Position numbers and translations under genes: made by a program. A stretch of 64,000 nt of DNA from Candidatus Hecatella orcuttiae (lineage in GTDB: Archaea > Thermoproteota > Bathyarchaeia > Hecatellales > Hecatellaceae). Below the pieces are notes generated by a model. It was not told the origin of the DNA. It saw only the letters and a list, made by a program, of their open reading frames with translations, and searched no databases. The DNA lies in NCBI GenBank assembly GCA_002011035.2, contig MTLY02000001.1:384001-448000 (forward strand), read 5' to 3'. Each line of letters starts with the position of its first letter. The stretch's first letter is position 1. This document shows positions 1-9,917 of the stretch, in pieces.

Positions 1-16
1 GAAGTAAACTCCGCGG

Positions 17-499
17 TCAAGTGGTGTAAGTTCTGAAAAGCCGGCTTATGGGAAGGTTGAGGGATATAGCTGATAGAAAGTACCAAATCCAGAAGGTTAG
101 CTCAGTCTTATCAGGTCCCACTGCCCCGTAGGGAATGGGGACAGGAGAATAAGCAACCACGGTAGTTCCGATAAAGCGGAGTAACACCCAGTAGATAACT
201 AAGAAGGGTATGGTTGTGAGAAGCATGACTTTAGACTGCTGGCCCATGACTTGGGAGGAGTCCTTCATCATCAGCCTCTGTTTTCTCTGAAGCTTCGCCA
301 AAGTCCTTTTATCTCCTTTTTTCCTAGCTTCAGCCATCTGCTTCCTGAGCTCGCTCATCTGCGACCTCATTTCCCTTACTTTTTCAAAGTCTACAAATTT
401 CCTCTGAACCAGCGAAGACGTAAGGGCTAAGGTTAGCGATAAACCCATGATGGCGAAGGTCAACAGAGGTATGGGGTAGAGGTCTCCTCCAAAGCCCAC
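17..499 (-). CDS. DUF106 / EMC3-TMCO1 (Oxa1 superfamily) membrane protein
   Basis: N-terminal TM, coiled-coil (EKVREMRSQMSELRKQM), C-terminal 'FWIWYFLS' motif; canonical position after secY-adk. Confidence 0.9.
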   Translation of the reverse strand: MGFGGDLYPIPLLTFAIMGLSLTLALTSSLVQRKFVDFEKVREMRSQMSELRKQMAEARKKGDKRTLAKLQRKQRLMMKDSSQVMGQQSKVMLLTTIPFLVIYWVLLRFIGTTVVAYSPVPIPYGAVGPDKTELTFWIWYFLSAISLNLPISRLFRTYTT

Positions 500-501
500 G
501 G

Positions 502-1101
502 CTATCCCCCCAGTGCTTCGATCATATTCAAAATTTTTTCAGCCGCCTTCGCGGCTTCCCCGGGTGGATTTTCTACTATTCCCAAGGGGGCTCCGGAGAG
601 GAGGGAGCATCCGGAGGCTAATGTTCTGGACAAGTGAATTTCGAACTCCACCTCCTCGGCCACAGCTTTATCCCTCATCCTTCCGGAAGAATCTCTCATC
701 CTCCTAGCTTTAATCTCTTCTGGAGAGGCTTCAATCAAAACTATAAGGGAAGGTTGGAGGATGGAGATAATATGGCTTGGAACGCCGGGAAGATAGCCTG
801 AAGGCGTTTTAACCATCATGTGAGTGTCGACGACGAGGACACCGTTCTCCATGGATGAGCTTCTCCGCAGAATTTCTTCAGCCGCCATTTTTTGAAGCTT
901 ATGCTGGAAGGCTAGAGAGCTTTTTCTCATATCGTCCCTGTGCATACTGGCTTTCTCCTTTTCAGCCATCTCCACCATGACGGTTCCGTAGTTCACAACT
1001 TTCAAGGGAAGGCCTCGCCGGCCAGCTTGTTTTTCTAACTCGTTTAGCACCGTGGTCTTTCCTACTCCCGGCAGTCCGACGGCGATGATTCTGCTTCCCA
1101 C
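502..1101 (-). CDS. adkA: archaeal adenylate kinase
   Basis: P-loop GLPGVGKTT, VNYGTVM, RDDMRK, VDTH, GYLPG motifs; downstream of secY. Confidence 0.95.
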   Translation of the reverse strand: MGSRIIAVGLPGVGKTTVLNELEKQAGRRGLPLKVVNYGTVMVEMAEKEKASMHRDDMRKSSLAFQHKLQKMAAEEILRRSSSMENGVLVVDTHMMVKTPSGYLPGVPSHIISILQPSLIVLIEASPEEIKARRMRDSSGRMRDKAVAEEVEFEIHLSRTLASGCSLLSGAPLGIVENPPGEAAKAAEKILNMIEALGG

Positions 1102-1134
1102 GGCTTTTTCACCCTATTTAGATTGGCCCTGTTT

Positions 1135-2538
1135 TTAACCTCTTCCCAGAAGCCGGCTTAATCCTGGGTACATTTCCTCGATCCTCTCTTTCGCCAGCAG
1201 CTGATAATACTGCCATATGATGCTTGTAGTCAGCAATATGCCTATGCCGGTTCCGAAGGGGTTGAAAAAGTTGGCTACAGCGGCTATCAACCCGACGCTC
1301 AGCCCGCTTAACACCGTCATGACAGGGATATACCTGTCGAGAACCTCCCTGATAGGTTGTTCACTCCGCCTGAAGCCGGGAATCTGCACCCCTGAACCTA
1401 TGAGCTGCTTCGCCACATCCCTTGAAGTCATTCCGGTAAGTTCAACCCACAGTTTGGCGAAAACAACGCATATTCCCGCAAATAAAACTGTGTAGACCAA
1501 GGCTCTTAAAGGGTCCAGCATTACAGCTTGCAGGTTTCCGGGAGGAGTTAGAAAGTAGACGATACCCCCGGTGGGCTGCCCGGTTACTGCGTCGACTCTC
1601 CCCAAGATCTCTGCGAGGAAACTGTTGGGGAAGCGGCTTGATAAGATAGAGGATATAAAATATACATTGGCGAAGAGAGCGGAAGCTAAGATCACGGGTA
1701 TGACGGAGACGTAGAAGAACTTGATGGGGTAGCTCCCCCGGAAGCCTCGGAACCGCGCGTGGGAAATGGGCACATCAACCCGGATGCCTTCTGCGTATAT
1801 CAAAATGACGAAGATGACGAGCATGGAGATGAAGCCTACCATGTCCGGAAGCCCCATGGGCCGGATGAGCGTGGCTTGAACGTTGTTAGCCATAATGGAC
1901 TGAAAGAACGCCAAGATCGCCCCCACAAGATACCCGTCTCCAGCAGGACCTATGGGGGCGAAAGAACTCCAGTAGATCGATTTGGTGACACCTGCCACGA
2001 TGAAGAGGCTGATTCCGCTCCCGAGCCCCCAGCCCTTTTGGACAAGCTCGTCTAAGAGGATCAATATTATGCCGGCGACCAGCAGTTGGAAGAAGACAAG
2101 AAGGGCTATTGAAGTCGAGAGGGGACCGTACATTCCTCCGAGGATGAAGACTGCCGCCTGAAAGCCGAACATGATGATGGCTAGAACCTTGTTCGCAGCT
2201 GCGAACACCGCTCTATCTCGGGCCTTGGAACGGTCGATCTGGATTATTTTTGACCCTGCGAGCAATTGAAGGATTAAGCCGGCGGTGACAATGGGGCCTA
2301 TTCCAAGCTCCATGAGGGTGCCTCTTTCAGACGCGAAGATCACCCTCATCATAGCGAAGGGGTCGCCTTCAAGCCCCGCAATGCCGTATAAGGGGATCTC
2401 AGCCATGATCAGATAGATTATGACTGCGGAGGCAGTCCAGAATATTTTCTCTTTAAACTGTACTTTGCGCGTAGGTTTTTCTACTTCAGGAATTACCCGA
2501 GCCAGACTGGCAAAAGCTTCAAGCCCTCTTCCAGCCAT
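1135..2538 (-). CDS. secY: preprotein translocase subunit SecY/Sec61alpha
   Basis: GTLMELGIGPIVTAG, KGWGLGSGISLFI, YPIKFFYVSVIP, IPGFRRS motifs; about 10 TM helices. Confidence 0.98.
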   Translation of the reverse strand: MAGRGLEAFASLARVIPEVEKPTRKVQFKEKIFWTASAVIIYLIMAEIPLYGIAGLEGDPFAMMRVIFASERGTLMELGIGPIVTAGLILQLLAGSKIIQIDRSKARDRAVFAAANKVLAIIMFGFQAAVFILGGMYGPLSTSIALLVFFQLLVAGIILILLDELVQKGWGLGSGISLFIVAGVTKSIYWSSFAPIGPAGDGYLVGAILAFFQSIMANNVQATLIRPMGLPDMVGFISMLVIFVILIYAEGIRVDVPISHARFRGFRGSYPIKFFYVSVIPVILASALFANVYFISSILSSRFPNSFLAEILGRVDAVTGQPTGGIVYFLTPPGNLQAVMLDPLRALVYTVLFAGICVVFAKLWVELTGMTSRDVAKQLIGSGVQIPGFRRSEQPIREVLDRYIPVMTVLSGLSVGLIAAVANFFNPFGTGIGILLTTSIIWQYYQLLAKERIEEMYPGLSRLLGRG

Positions 2539-2554
2539 CTTCCCTGTGCCTCTT

Positions 2555-2995
2555 CTATCCCTTGACCTTTATGAGAGCTCCTCCAGCATCGACGATCTTC
2601 TTCTCAGCGGCCTTGGACCAGTAGGGTGCCTTCACCACGAGAGGCCGGTTAACCTTGCCTTCTCCCAAGATTTTCTCATAGCCTAGATTTAAAAGGTCCA
2701 CCTCAACCTTTTCTCCGTCGGCCTTCAGCTTCCCTTCAGCCAGCAGGTCTTCCACCATCAGCCCCAGTTCCCCCACGTTTAAAGCCCTCAGCTGGCCGCG
2801 GCCTGTGGGGCAGCGGAAGCCCTTTTTACTGAAATATTCAGGCTCATATTTGACCACGTAAGTCCAACCATGCTTGTGGAGACCCGCCTTACCGCGCCCT
2901 CCTTTCATGCCGTGTTTTCGATGTTGACCTACTTGTCCCCATCCGTGGGTTCTTGACCCTCGAAGCTTTCTGGTTTTCCTGAGCTTATGCGGCAT
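2555..2995 (-). CDS. rpl15: 50S ribosomal protein uL15
   Basis: RKLRGSRTHGWG...GGRGKAG motif; start set at MPHKLRK (ORF track extends to 3010). Confidence 0.95.
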   Translation of the reverse strand: MPHKLRKTRKLRGSRTHGWGQVGQHRKHGMKGGRGKAGLHKHGWTYVVKYEPEYFSKKGFRCPTGRGQLRALNVGELGLMVEDLLAEGKLKADGEKVEVDLLNLGYEKILGEGKVNRPLVVKAPYWSKAAEKKIVDAGGALIKVKG

Positions 2996-3036
2996 GTTTT
3001 CCACACCCATTGAAGCCTAGACTATATAGGAGGTGA

Positions 3037-3528
3037 TCAGATCATCCTCGCTATGAGCTTGTTTATCAACTCACCCCGGTAGCCGAGTTCACCGCCTTCC
3101 GCAAAAGCCTTCTTCAGGGATTTTTTAAAACCTTTGGAGGGCGGATGAAGGCGGAAAACAGGTTTAACGCCCTTGAGGTCTTTAAGCTTTAACCTGCCTA
3201 AAGAAAGTTCTTCGGCAGCCTTTTTGAAGGACGAGAAGCCGATTTTTTTCAAGTATGCTTCAGTCAGTTTTCGGCCTCCTTCGATTTCTCCCCGCTTTTT
3301 CAGGAGGTGGAGAATAGTCTGTGGAGAGGCTTCGCCCCACGTTAGATGGTCTTTTGCTTTCTTAAGCATTCCCAGATAGGTCGGCGTGGAGGGGACCAGT
3401 GTGGCATGATTCGGCCTGAGCAGGTGGAGCATGGATAGGGTATCTTTGACGTCGCCCCGCACGTTGACAGTTCCTCTTACCCTGACCACAGCTAAGCATT
3501 TTTTCTCCGCTTCCTCCTTAGCCGGCAT
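3037..3528 (-). CDS. rpl30: 50S ribosomal protein uL30 (archaeal long form)
   Basis: AVVRVRG, TWGE, FRLHPPSKGF, GELGYRG motifs. Confidence 0.95.
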   Translation of the reverse strand: MPAKEEAEKKCLAVVRVRGTVNVRGDVKDTLSMLHLLRPNHATLVPSTPTYLGMLKKAKDHLTWGEASPQTILHLLKKRGEIEGGRKLTEAYLKKIGFSSFKKAAEELSLGRLKLKDLKGVKPVFRLHPPSKGFKKSLKKAFAEGGELGYRGELINKLIARMI

Positions 3529-3534
3529 CTTCCG

Positions 3535-4155
3535 TCACCTAGTCCAGTCTTGGGGGGCCACCGTCTTGTAGGTGTTCCGCAAAGCATAGTATACAGCATA
3601 AGCTAGGGAGGAGGTAGTCTTGGTGGAGCCGAAGCTTCTGGACCAGCAGTCTTTTATTCCGCTGAGGCGAAGGATGGTGGCGGTGGTTTCATTGGCCACT
3701 ATTCCCAGCCCTCGAGGGCCGGGTATCAGTTCAACCCTGACACTTCCACACTTACCCACGGTTTTGAAGGGAAGGGAGTGGGGTTGATGGCAGGCGCATT
3801 CCCAGCTTCCACAGCCCCTTCTCACGGGGGTGATGTTCAACTTGGCGTACATGGTTGCTTTTTCAATGGCTCCCCTGATCTGCTTAGCTTTACCAGAGTC
3901 GACGCCTATATAGCCGTCTTCGTTCCCCACAGCTACAACGACTTTAAACCTAGACTGCTCCCCTGCGTCGGTCTGCTTTTGAACGATGCTCATGGACAAA
4001 ACCTCTTGGCGGAGGTTGGGCATAAGCCTGTCTACGATTTCAGTTTCCTGAATCCTCAGGCCTTGGGCGAAGATCTCATCTAATGAGACGATCTTTCCTT
4101 CGAGGACCATTCTACCCAGTTTCGTCTTAGGAACCCACTCAACCTCAGCTGACAA
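3535..4155 (-). CDS. rps5: 30S ribosomal protein uS5
   Basis: WVPKTKLGR, QKQTDAG, RRGCGSWEC, PGPRGLG motifs; TTG start. Confidence 0.97.
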   Translation of the reverse strand: MSAEVEWVPKTKLGRMVLEGKIVSLDEIFAQGLRIQETEIVDRLMPNLRQEVLSMSIVQKQTDAGEQSRFKVVVAVGNEDGYIGVDSGKAKQIRGAIEKATMYAKLNITPVRRGCGSWECACHQPHSLPFKTVGKCGSVRVELIPGPRGLGIVANETTATILRLSGIKDCWSRSFGSTKTTSSLAYAVYYALRNTYKTVAPQDWTR

Positions 4156-4250
4156 GCCTATTCTTCCTCGACAGCTCCTCGATTCTCGGCTGAATTACAG
4201 CTCCTCCGGGTTTTCCAACGGAGCTGATGCAGATGGTAAAAAATGAAGGG

Positions 4251-4266
4251 ATATAAAGCTTCCGTG
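4251..4266 (-). promoter_or_regulatory. internal TATA/BRE promoter upstream of rps5
   Basis: minus strand reads ACGGAAGCTTTATAT in the 125-bp rpl18-rps5 gap, about 95 nt upstream of the rps5 start. Confidence 0.55.
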
Positions 4267-4280
4267 AAGAAACCCTCTTT

Positions 4281-4874
4281 CTAGCCTTGACTAAAAGCTT
4301 TTCGAATGTTCTCTTTTACATCCTGAAAATGTTTCGCCAAGTCTTCAGGCGTTAACCCCTTAGCCAGATATTGGGAAAAAAACCGGCTCCGTTGCTCCGG
4401 GTCCGTTAGGCTCCGCCAGTGTTCGGCCACATGCTCTCCGGTAATTCGCTCCTCGCTGGGCAGTACATCCGAGTCGCAGCTGACTTCTACTCCTGCATCC
4501 AGCAAGCCTTTGAGGCCTGCGTAGATCTTAGACCCTTTCACCGGCTTCTTCACCCCCGCGTCCAGCACAGCCTTCTCGATTCCTTTTCTTTTAGCTTTTA
4601 ACCCCGCCAGAAACCCTGTGAGGTAGGCTGCGGGCATGTTTCCGCAGGGAGCCTTCCATCCGTAGTCCCTGACCAGCTCTTGGGAGGCAGCGGAGACGAG
4701 AACCCGGTCCCCATTCATTGCAGCCTCAACAAACTGAGCTAAAGAATTGGAGAGAGAACATCGGAATACGAACCTCGTCAAACCGGAGGCAATAAGCTCC
4801 TTCCTTCGACGGTAGTCTGTTTTCGCTTCCCTGCGTCTGCGGAAAGCCACCTGGTAAGCCGGTCCCCGAGCCAT
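4281..4874 (-). CDS. rpl18: 50S ribosomal protein uL18
   Basis: MARGPAY..FRRRREAKTDY, N.PAAYLTG, RITGEH motifs. Confidence 0.97.
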   Translation of the reverse strand: MARGPAYQVAFRRRREAKTDYRRRKELIASGLTRFVFRCSLSNSLAQFVEAAMNGDRVLVSAASQELVRDYGWKAPCGNMPAAYLTGFLAGLKAKRKGIEKAVLDAGVKKPVKGSKIYAGLKGLLDAGVEVSCDSDVLPSEERITGEHVAEHWRSLTDPEQRSRFFSQYLAKGLTPEDLAKHFQDVKENIRKAFSQG

Positions 4875-5332
4875 TATCTAAGCTTCCTCCTCAAAAGCCC
4901 TGAGGACTCCAAGTAGCGCATGAGGTGAGACGAATTTTTGAAGGCACCGCCCTTGGCCATCATGTACACTTTGCGATAATGGGCCCCTGTCAAAACCTTA
5001 GCCTCTTTCAGGGCCTTAAGCCGACGCCTTATAGCCCTGATGGTATTGATCCACCGACGCTTACTGGGAAGCCGGCTTCCCTTGGAGCCTTCGCGGCTTC
5101 CGGGGCCTTTCCTTCTCCCAAGCCGCCTTTTCCTACGGAGGGCAACAGCCCGACCTCGGCTTACACCTTTTTCCGGGCGGGCTCGAATGACACCCCGTCG
5201 AATAAGCCTCTCTATTTCCCTTCTGGTTATAGCTGTCTGAACAGCGTCCACTTTTTCCGGGTCTATCCAAACCCTGTTTTCTCCGACCTTAAGGACTTTG
5301 GCAGCGAGCATTCTCTGACTTTTAAGGTTCAC
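4874..5332 (-). CDS. rpl19e: 50S ribosomal protein eL19
   Basis: QRMLAAKVLKVGENRVWIDP, AITR, GPGSREG, KGGAFK motifs. Confidence 0.97.
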   Translation of the reverse strand: MNLKSQRMLAAKVLKVGENRVWIDPEKVDAVQTAITRREIERLIRRGVIRARPEKGVSRGRAVALRRKRRLGRRKGPGSREGSKGSRLPSKRRWINTIRAIRRRLKALKEAKVLTGAHYRKVYMMAKGGAFKNSSHLMRYLESSGLLRRKLR

Positions 5333-5778
5333 GGGGAAGCCTCCTCTTCGCTCTGACTTTTTTCTTTGATGGACTGAGCCTTTTTAGGTAAGGAGGGATT
5401 CAGCACCTTCAAACCTAATTTTTCCGCTTCCTTAATTATCTCCGCTCTTTTTCTCCCGCCGACTCCTCGGGCTATTCTCACAGTCTGACTTTCAGCATCC
5501 AACCTTTTGAGGCCCTCAACCCTGTGAACCAAGACCTCTGAAAGCCCTGAAGGGTGAAGGCCTCGGATGGATTTCGGCACTCTGAATCCCGCGGTGGGCG
5601 AGGTAGGTCTGCCCTTTTTTTTAAGCCTCATCTTACTGTCTATGCCTTTGGGTTTCCTCCAGCCTGTCTCGATGCGTTTATACCTCCAACTTTCCTCCCT
5701 GCGGAAGACAGGCTTGTTTCCTCTGAACTTTTTTATCATCTTAACTTTTTGAGCGATGCTTTCAGACTTTTTCATCAA
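5329..5778 (-). CDS. rpl32e: 50S ribosomal protein eL32
   Basis: FRREESWRYKR, WRKPKGIDSKMR, RGLHPSG, VLNP motifs. Confidence 0.97.
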   Translation of the reverse strand: MMKKSESIAQKVKMIKKFRGNKPVFRREESWRYKRIETGWRKPKGIDSKMRLKKKGRPTSPTAGFRVPKSIRGLHPSGLSEVLVHRVEGLKRLDAESQTVRIARGVGGRKRAEIIKEAEKLGLKVLNPSLPKKAQSIKEKSQSEEEASP

Positions 5779-5782
5779 CCGT

Positions 5783-6328
5783 TCAGCTTCCTTTCTTTTT
5801 CTCGTAGATGTAGATGCCGTCGAGGAAGACTCTTGGGTCTTTCTTCCTTATCTTGGTGGCTTGCTGAATGTTGGCGGCTGTTTGACTTACATCCTCCAAG
5901 CTTAAGCCCTGAATTTCAATGTCATCTCCTTTTATGGAGATTTTGACGTCTCCAACGATCTTCGCCACCCGAGCGCTTCTTTCTCCGATGAAGTTTTCAA
6001 TCAAAACCTTTTTCCCGGAAACTTTGATGGTCATGGGGAAGTGGGAGGAAACCAGTTTAAGCTTGTAAGTGAAACCTTTGGTAACACCTTCCACCATGTT
6101 TTTCACACTGGATGCCACTGTTCCAACCAAAGCCTTTTCAGTTTTCCCAGCCCAGAAGCAGCGAACCGCCAGCTTATTGTCGAAGATTTCCAACTGAACC
6201 GGGGTATGGGAGAAGTCTTTTTTCAGCTCTCCAAGCGGCCCTTTTACGAAGAGGAGTTTTCCTTCAAGACTGGCGGTTACCCCTTCAGGGAATTCGACGA
6301 TTCTTTCCTCCAGCGGAACGCGAACCAT
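5783..6328 (-). CDS. rpl6: 50S ribosomal protein uL6
   Basis: VKGPLG, GVTKGFTYKL, HFPM, NFIGE, KDPRVFLDGIY motifs. Confidence 0.97.
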   Translation of the reverse strand: MVRVPLEERIVEFPEGVTASLEGKLLFVKGPLGELKKDFSHTPVQLEIFDNKLAVRCFWAGKTEKALVGTVASSVKNMVEGVTKGFTYKLKLVSSHFPMTIKVSGKKVLIENFIGERSARVAKIVGDVKISIKGDDIEIQGLSLEDVSQTAANIQQATKIRKKDPRVFLDGIYIYEKKKGS

Positions 6329-6341
6329 GGAATCAACCTTC

Positions 6342-6734
6342 CTAGTAGACGTAAGCGAGCAGTTTGCCTCCTACATGTTTTTCCAGCATTTCCTTATGAG
6401 AGAGAATTCCTTGAGGCGTGGAGACGATGAGGATGCCGATGTCCCGGGAAGGCAGATACCTCTCCTCAAAGCGCTCTAAGTCCTTTACCTTAACCGGGTG
6501 CCGGGGCTTTATAACCCCGCACTTGTTTATCCTGCCAAGAAGCTGAACTCTGAACTTACCTCCCCGGCCGTCGTCGATGAATTCGAATTCACCGATGTAG
6601 CCATGCTGCTGCATCACCTTCAGAATTCCACCTATGAGTTTTGAAGCTGGCTTAAGGAGGCATTCCCGCTTGTTACGAATTTCGTTGTTGTAGATGCTTG
6701 AAAGACTGTCCGCCAGAGGGTCTTGAAGAGTCAA
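6342..6734 (-). CDS. rps8: 30S ribosomal protein uS8
   Basis: [39 protein letters not shown]. Confidence 0.97.
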   Translation of the reverse strand: MTLQDPLADSLSSIYNNEIRNKRECLLKPASKLIGGILKVMQQHGYIGEFEFIDDGRGGKFRVQLLGRINKCGVIKPRHPVKVKDLERFEERYLPSRDIGILIVSTPQGILSHKEMLEKHVGGKLLAYVY

Positions 6735-6749
6735 CTTCAGCTGTCTCCT

Positions 6750-6911
6750 TCAGCAATATTTTTTGAAGCCAAGTTTAGGGGCTATCTCCCTGAAGCATTG
6801 CCGGCAGAGATAAAGTCCCAACGTTCGGACGGTAGGCCCGTAGGCTCCGCATCGATGGCAGGGCCGGCTTCCTTTCCCGAATTTTCTCTCTTTTTTAGGC
6901 TTAATCTTCAA
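6750..6911 (-). CDS. rps14: 30S ribosomal protein uS14 (Zn-binding)
   Basis: [11 protein letters not shown]...[14 protein letters not shown]; start reset to TTG 6911 overlapping the rpl5 stop (TTGA). Confidence 0.95.
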   Translation of the reverse strand: MKIKPKKERKFGKGSRPCHRCGAYGPTVRTLGLYLCRQCFREIAPKLGFKKYC

Positions 6912-7462
6912 GCAGGACCACCTTTCACAACTTCCACTCCGTAAGCTTCTCTGATGAAACACATGGCTTCTTCGGGTGTAACTCTATGCTTAGATCCGAC
7001 TTGGGACCTGGCTCTTTTCTTGACTTTAACCCTATAGCCCGGCTTGCTGAGGGTGGCGCAGACGTTCATGCCCACCACGCCCAATTCGGGATCATATCTT
7101 ACGCCGGGAATTTCGATATGTTCCTTTATGCCAAAGGCAAAGTTTCCATCCTCATCAAAAGCAGACGCCGGTAGCTTGTTTCCTATTGCTGAGAAGGCTT
7201 TAGTCAGAAACTCTACAGCTTTCTGTTTTCGAAGCGTGACCACAGCAGCTATGGGCTCGCCTCTTCTAATCCCAAAGTCTTTGATGGTTTTTCTAGCCGG
7301 TCGAAGAATGGGTTTTTGACCTGTGAGCTGCTCTAGAATTTTGCTGGCCTTCTCCAAGGGTTCGCCGGATTTCCCAGTGCAAATGTTCACCGTTACTTTC
7401 TCAATCCTAGGCTTCGTCATAGGATTTCTCGACCATTTTTCGAAGAAAACTTCGCAGGGCAT
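6908..7462 (-). CDS. rpl5: 50S ribosomal protein uL5
   Basis: [38 protein letters not shown] motifs. Confidence 0.97.
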   Translation of the reverse strand: MPCEVFFEKWSRNPMTKPRIEKVTVNICTGKSGEPLEKASKILEQLTGQKPILRPARKTIKDFGIRRGEPIAAVVTLRKQKAVEFLTKAFSAIGNKLPASAFDEDGNFAFGIKEHIEIPGVRYDPELGVVGMNVCATLSKPGYRVKVKKRARSQVGSKHRVTPEEAMCFIREAYGVEVVKGGPA

Positions 7463-7467
7463 AAGGG

Positions 7468-8217
7468 TCAGCTTCCTCCTAGGGTTATCAAAGGCTTATC
7501 TTCCCCAACCACCATGACATACTGGGCGGGGGAACTGAACTCACCTTCGCTCCCCTTCACCTTCACCATGCTTGGAATGGTGGGGGAGGGTTTTTCCACA
7601 GCGGCTATGACTCCATGTTTTCCGATGTTTTTCCCTCCGACGATAAGCCCGTACATTCCTTTTCCAAATTTCAAATGAGCTAGAATCTCTCTTTTGGCCA
7701 AGCTTAGTTGAAGGACATCCCAGACTTTGTAAACGTCCTCTTCAGGGTTATTCGGGTTTTCCACCTTCACAAGTAAGGTGCGGCCGTCGTGAAGTGCCAG
7801 CTGAATATGTCCTCCTTTGACCGTGACTTTATCCTCAATCCTGCAAAGTTTGAAGGCTTTCTCCTCCTCCGGTATTTCTTGAAGCCTTAAAATCTTGTGG
7901 GGGTCTGGAACTACCCTGTAGGCCTTGCGAATGTCAGGAATTTCCAAAAGGTCCATTAAGCCTAGGTGAAAGCCTTTATCCCTTCTTATTTTGCCGTCCA
8001 CCTTCACTTTACCCTCTGCCAGTATGACCTCCGCCTCTCGGCTTGTCTTGGCAAGTTTCAGAATGTCTCGCACAGCTATGAGGAGAGGTATGCTTCGACT
8101 CCCAGGGTGAGGGCCAGGAATAGGCCTCACAGTCCAAACTTTCTCCTTCTTGGGAATAGGCCAGAAGGCAGGTGAAGCAAGCCTTTTCAGATGCACATCA
8201 GCGCCTTTTTTAGCCAC
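7468..8217 (-). CDS. rps4e: 30S ribosomal protein eS4
   Basis: HLKRLASP, PGPH, VKVDGKIR, QLALHDGR, GGKNIG motifs. Confidence 0.97.
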   Translation of the reverse strand: MAKKGADVHLKRLASPAFWPIPKKEKVWTVRPIPGPHPGSRSIPLLIAVRDILKLAKTSREAEVILAEGKVKVDGKIRRDKGFHLGLMDLLEIPDIRKAYRVVPDPHKILRLQEIPEEEKAFKLCRIEDKVTVKGGHIQLALHDGRTLLVKVENPNNPEEDVYKVWDVLQLSLAKREILAHLKFGKGMYGLIVGGKNIGKHGVIAAVEKPSPTIPSMVKVKGSEGEFSSPAQYVMVVGEDKPLITLGGS

Positions 8218-8644
8218 TCTCTCCGCCTCCCTGCTTTTTTTTCTCTTCCATTTCCTCAGCCTCTAATCCAGCCTCTTTTAGACTCGCTCCCAAGCTAAGC
8301 CTCTGGCTTCTCCATTTGTCCTCGAGGTTAAGCTTGGTGATTAGGAGATTGGAGGGGGCGATGGGAACATGCACCGTTGTGCCGTCGGCTTTTTCCTTCG
8401 TCACCCCGTCCACCGTTACCCTTAACCTTTTGAGGTCAACTTTTGTAACCTTTCCTTCCATCCCCTTGTAGTCTCCTCGAAGAATCTTGACGGTGTCTCC
8501 TTTCCGAAGAGGGAGGGCTCTCTTTCCATATTTCTCCATCAGGCTTAGGCTTAGGTGCGCCGACATAAGCTTGCGTCTTTTGTGTAAGGGCGCAGTCCAC
8601 ATGGCCTTTCTCTGCTTGGACGGCTTCGCTGAAACCAAGGTCAT
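8210..8644 (-). CDS. rpl24: 50S ribosomal protein uL24
   Basis: PSKQRK..APLH, KGDTVKILRGD KOW motif; start reset to ATG 8644 because the ORF-track start overlaps rpl14. Confidence 0.95.
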   Translation of the reverse strand: MTLVSAKPSKQRKAMWTAPLHKRRKLMSAHLSLSLMEKYGKRALPLRKGDTVKILRGDYKGMEGKVTKVDLKRLRVTVDGVTKEKADGTTVHVPIAPSNLLITKLNLEDKWRSQRLSLGASLKEAGLEAEEMEEKKKQGGGESG

Positions 8645-8658
8645 TCTAGGCACTCCTT

Positions 8659-9096
8659 CTAGATCACCATGCTGGAAAGACTGGCTATTCGAGGCCACCT
8701 TTCAGCTGCCTCTTTGGCAACAGGCCCCCGGATCTCTGTTCCCTTCAACTCTCCTTCAGGAGTCATGACCACGGCGGCGTTGTCCTCAAACTGAACCACC
8801 AACCCGTCGCTGCGACGGAAAGGCATCCGCTGCCTTATGACCACCGCGGGGAAAATCTGCTTCCTCATTTCAGGCGACCCTTTTCTGACTGAGACGTAGA
8901 TCATGTCACCTACTTTGGCAGAGGGAGACCTTCGAAGTCTGCCCTTGTATCCTACTACTTGGACTATTCTCAACTCCTTAGCCCCTGTGTTGTCGGCGCA
9001 TCGGATGATAGCCCCGGTGGGTAGTCCGCGGGAGATTCTAGGACGATACTCTATGACTCCTCTGGCGCTTACAGCCCTTGTCCTAGGAACCGGCAT
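8659..9096 (-). CDS. rpl14: 50S ribosomal protein uL14
   Basis: [34 protein letters not shown]. Confidence 0.98.
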   Translation of the reverse strand: MPVPRTRAVSARGVIEYRPRISRGLPTGAIIRCADNTGAKELRIVQVVGYKGRLRRSPSAKVGDMIYVSVRKGSPEMRKQIFPAVVIRQRMPFRRSDGLVVQFEDNAAVVMTPEGELKGTEIRGPVAKEAAERWPRIASLSSMVI

Positions 9097-9428
9097 TACC
9101 CTTCAGCCTCCGACCTTTTCTCCACCACCACAAAGGAAACAGTCTTACTCAAAGAGCGGCATTCAGCGATCTTCACCAAGTCTCCCGCCTTGGCTAAGAT
9201 GCAGGGCGGATTGTGAGCGGGTATCTTACTTCGCCTCCTTTCAAACCTCATATATTTTGGAACATAGTGAGAATAATCCCGCTGGATCACCACGGTTTTG
9301 TTCATCTTAGAGCTTACTACCCTTCCTTCCAAAATCCTCTGTCTCACGGAAAGCGTCCCATGGAAGGGGCAGTTGCGGTCGTCGCATTTTTGCTTTGGAG
9401 CCTTAACAGGAAGCCCTATGTTTCTCAT
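9096..9428 (-). CDS. rps17: 30S ribosomal protein uS17
   Basis: [31 protein letters not shown]. Confidence 0.97.
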   Translation of the reverse strand: MRNIGLPVKAPKQKCDDRNCPFHGTLSVRQRILEGRVVSSKMNKTVVIQRDYSHYVPKYMRFERRRSKIPAHNPPCILAKAGDLVKIAECRSLSKTVSFVVVEKRSEAEG

Positions 9429-9429
9429 C

Positions 9430-9717
9430 CTACCACCTTCCCGGAACTGCCTTCTTCACCCTGTCCTCAGGCCTCCCTACCAGCTGCCGGCCTTCCACTT
9501 CCACCTTTCTCCCGTCCGGTAGCTGAATTTGAAAGCGGGAATTTTTTTTGGGAGCCTTCTTCAACTTGCCCTCCGAGTTTATGATCAGCATGTTCATGGT
9601 TTCGTCAACTATTCTCCCCGAGACGCCTGCAAGCGTTTTGCTTGAGCTTTCTACTATTTTCACTTCTAATCCTATCAGCTCATGTCTGGTTATGTTTTTG
9701 GGAGTTATAGGGGTCAC
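9430..9717 (-). CDS. rnp1: ribonuclease P protein component 1 (Rpp29/POP4)
   Basis: HELIGL, G.IVDET.N, GRPEDR motifs; conserved position between rpl29 and rps17. Confidence 0.95.
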   Translation of the reverse strand: MTPITPKNITRHELIGLEVKIVESSSKTLAGVSGRIVDETMNMLIINSEGKLKKAPKKNSRFQIQLPDGRKVEVEGRQLVGRPEDRVKKAVPGRW

Positions 9718-9917
9718 CGAATTTCTTCCTCCCTCTGAACTGTGAGGATGCGGGCTATGGTTCTTCTCAGTTCTCTTACAGCGGAGGGGTTCTCCACCTT
9801 CCCACGGGCCTTGAGGGTGCTTCGAAGCTTCATCAACTCAACCCTGAGCTCTGCAAGTTTTTTCTCCCTCTCAGCTTTGCTCATGCTTCTGATGTCCTTC
9901 ATCCTCAGAATGGGCAT
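9714..9917 (-). CDS. rpl29: 50S ribosomal protein uL29
   Basis: LRM.DIR.MS, ENP..VRELRRTIARILT. Confidence 0.95.
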   Translation of the reverse strand: MPILRMKDIRSMSKAEREKKLAELRVELMKLRSTLKARGKVENPSAVRELRRTIARILTVQREEEIR

